A program made the position numbers and the translations under genes. Shown here piece by piece: positions 26,218 to 27,130 of a DNA stretch of 27,130 nt (position 1 is the stretch's first letter; every line of letters begins with the position of its first letter). Location of the stretch: contig JAZDPL010000092.1 of assembly GCA_043797665.1 (NCBI GenBank), positions 1 to 27,130 of the forward strand, given 5' to 3'. The notes under the pieces were generated by a model, which saw only the letters and a list, made by a program, of their open reading frames with translations, made no database searches and was not told the origin of the DNA. The stretch comes from Candidatus Omnitrophota bacterium. Lineage in GTDB: Bacteria > Ratteibacteria > UBA8468 > MWAK01.

Positions 26218-26877
26218 TTATGCTTTGCTGTCAATATATCCTGACAGTAAGGTGAGGTCGGCTTCCGAAATCTTCGTGAACTGAATGCTTACTCCGTATT
26301 CCGAATTATAGAGGGCACCGGAAGAACCGGAGGAGGACACGGCGTCCACATTTTTGATTTCGCCTTTTGTCTGAATTTTCCTTCCGCCCGGCAGGTCTAA
26401 GAGGACCGAAACTTCAGTACCGGATTCAGGCGGTTCTTCCGGGACAACAACTCTTAGTCCGCCCAGGCTGAGATTGGAAGTGACGCCCCGCCAGGATTTT
26501 TTGGAGAAGAGGCCTGATTTTAACGCCATTTCCGCAGTGATTTCCACCTTGATGCGGTTAAACTTTCTTTTGTAATGTTTGTGCTTATAGAAGATATTTT
26601 TAATCCGGTAAAGGATATCGTTATCGCTGTCTTTCCATTTTTCGTCACCCGGCTCCCGGCTGACCAGCATTCCCTGGAAGACAGAGACCAGATCTTTTTC
26701 CTCTACCAGTACCCGGATGATGGTATGGGGATGGAGAGGGAGGCGTTCTCTTTCTGATGGAGATTGAGAAACCACAATTTCGTTATCACTCACCACACCC
26801 CGTACTTTTAATGACCCTTTTCTTAGAGAGTGGGGTTGGTCTACTTCAATTTCCTGTCCAATCTGAAAATTAGCCAT
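26218..26877 (-). CDS. PilZ-domain c-di-GMP-binding protein
   Basis: RKFNR (RxxxR) and NLSLGG ([D/N]xSxxG) motifs; Y.V.I.F C-terminal strand. Confidence 0.85.
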   Translation of the reverse strand: MANFQIGQEIEVDQPHSLRKGSLKVRGVVSDNEIVVSQSPSERERLPLHPHTIIRVLVEEKDLVSVFQGMLVSREPGDEKWKDSDNDILYRIKNIFYKHKHYKRKFNRIKVEITAEMALKSGLFSKKSWRGVTSNLSLGGLRVVVPEEPPESGTEVSVLLDLPGGRKIQTKGEIKNVDAVSSSGSSGALYNSEYGVSIQFTKISEADLTLLSGYIDSKA

Positions 26878-27130
26878 TATTTTTTAAGTTCTAAACTTTG
26901 CGTCCTATCTATTTAACCACCTTATTCCCGGCAAGTCAAACACTTGACTAATTACTGGGTATTTAGTAGACTATAGTCGTTATACCTGAAAAAAGCGTGA
27001 AAAATGATACCTAAAATCAGAAAACCGCGAAAACATTGGGAATTCCAGAGTCTCATTTCTACAATTTTCAGCAAATGGACAAAAAATCATAGAGATTTCA
27101 CCTTTAAAAAATATTAATACAAGCGATTAA

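Noticed and set aside
27004..27117. Short AT-rich + strand ORF near the window end
   Set aside because: Under 40 codons, no Shine-Dalgarno sequence and no motif.

Overview
Bacterial chromosomal window with two parts. The left 12.2 kb is a mosaic accessory region cut into blocks by three directly oriented copies of a 28-bp site, GGTTCGAACGTCGTCCCGTAAGCCACCC (114-141, 2831-2858, 12180-12207). This site resembles a tRNA 3' end or att site, but no recombinase or tRNA gene is in the window. Block 1 holds a DUF1016 fragment, a hicBA toxin-antitoxin pair switched off by a clean ~156-bp internal inversion, an AbiEi antitoxin with an internally deleted AbiEii toxin, and a stand-alone GMP synthase ATPPase subunit. 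Block 2 holds RNase D, a truncated ORF fused tail-to-tail to a TMTC-like TPR membrane protein, and a DeoR / MtlD-like / TPP E1-alpha-beta / atypical M24-fold catabolic operon. The right 15 kb looks like ordinary backbone: response regulator, PilT/U, M23 peptidase, cold-shock protein, DEAD-box helicase, B12 radical SAM, GspG-like pilin, HAMP protein, CBM9-like protein, rubrerythrin, DRE-TIM aldolase, URO-D-like protein, PabB and PilZ. It is interspersed with GTAG-type REP hairpins and a second palindromic element. All calls come from reading motifs by eye; no database searches were run.
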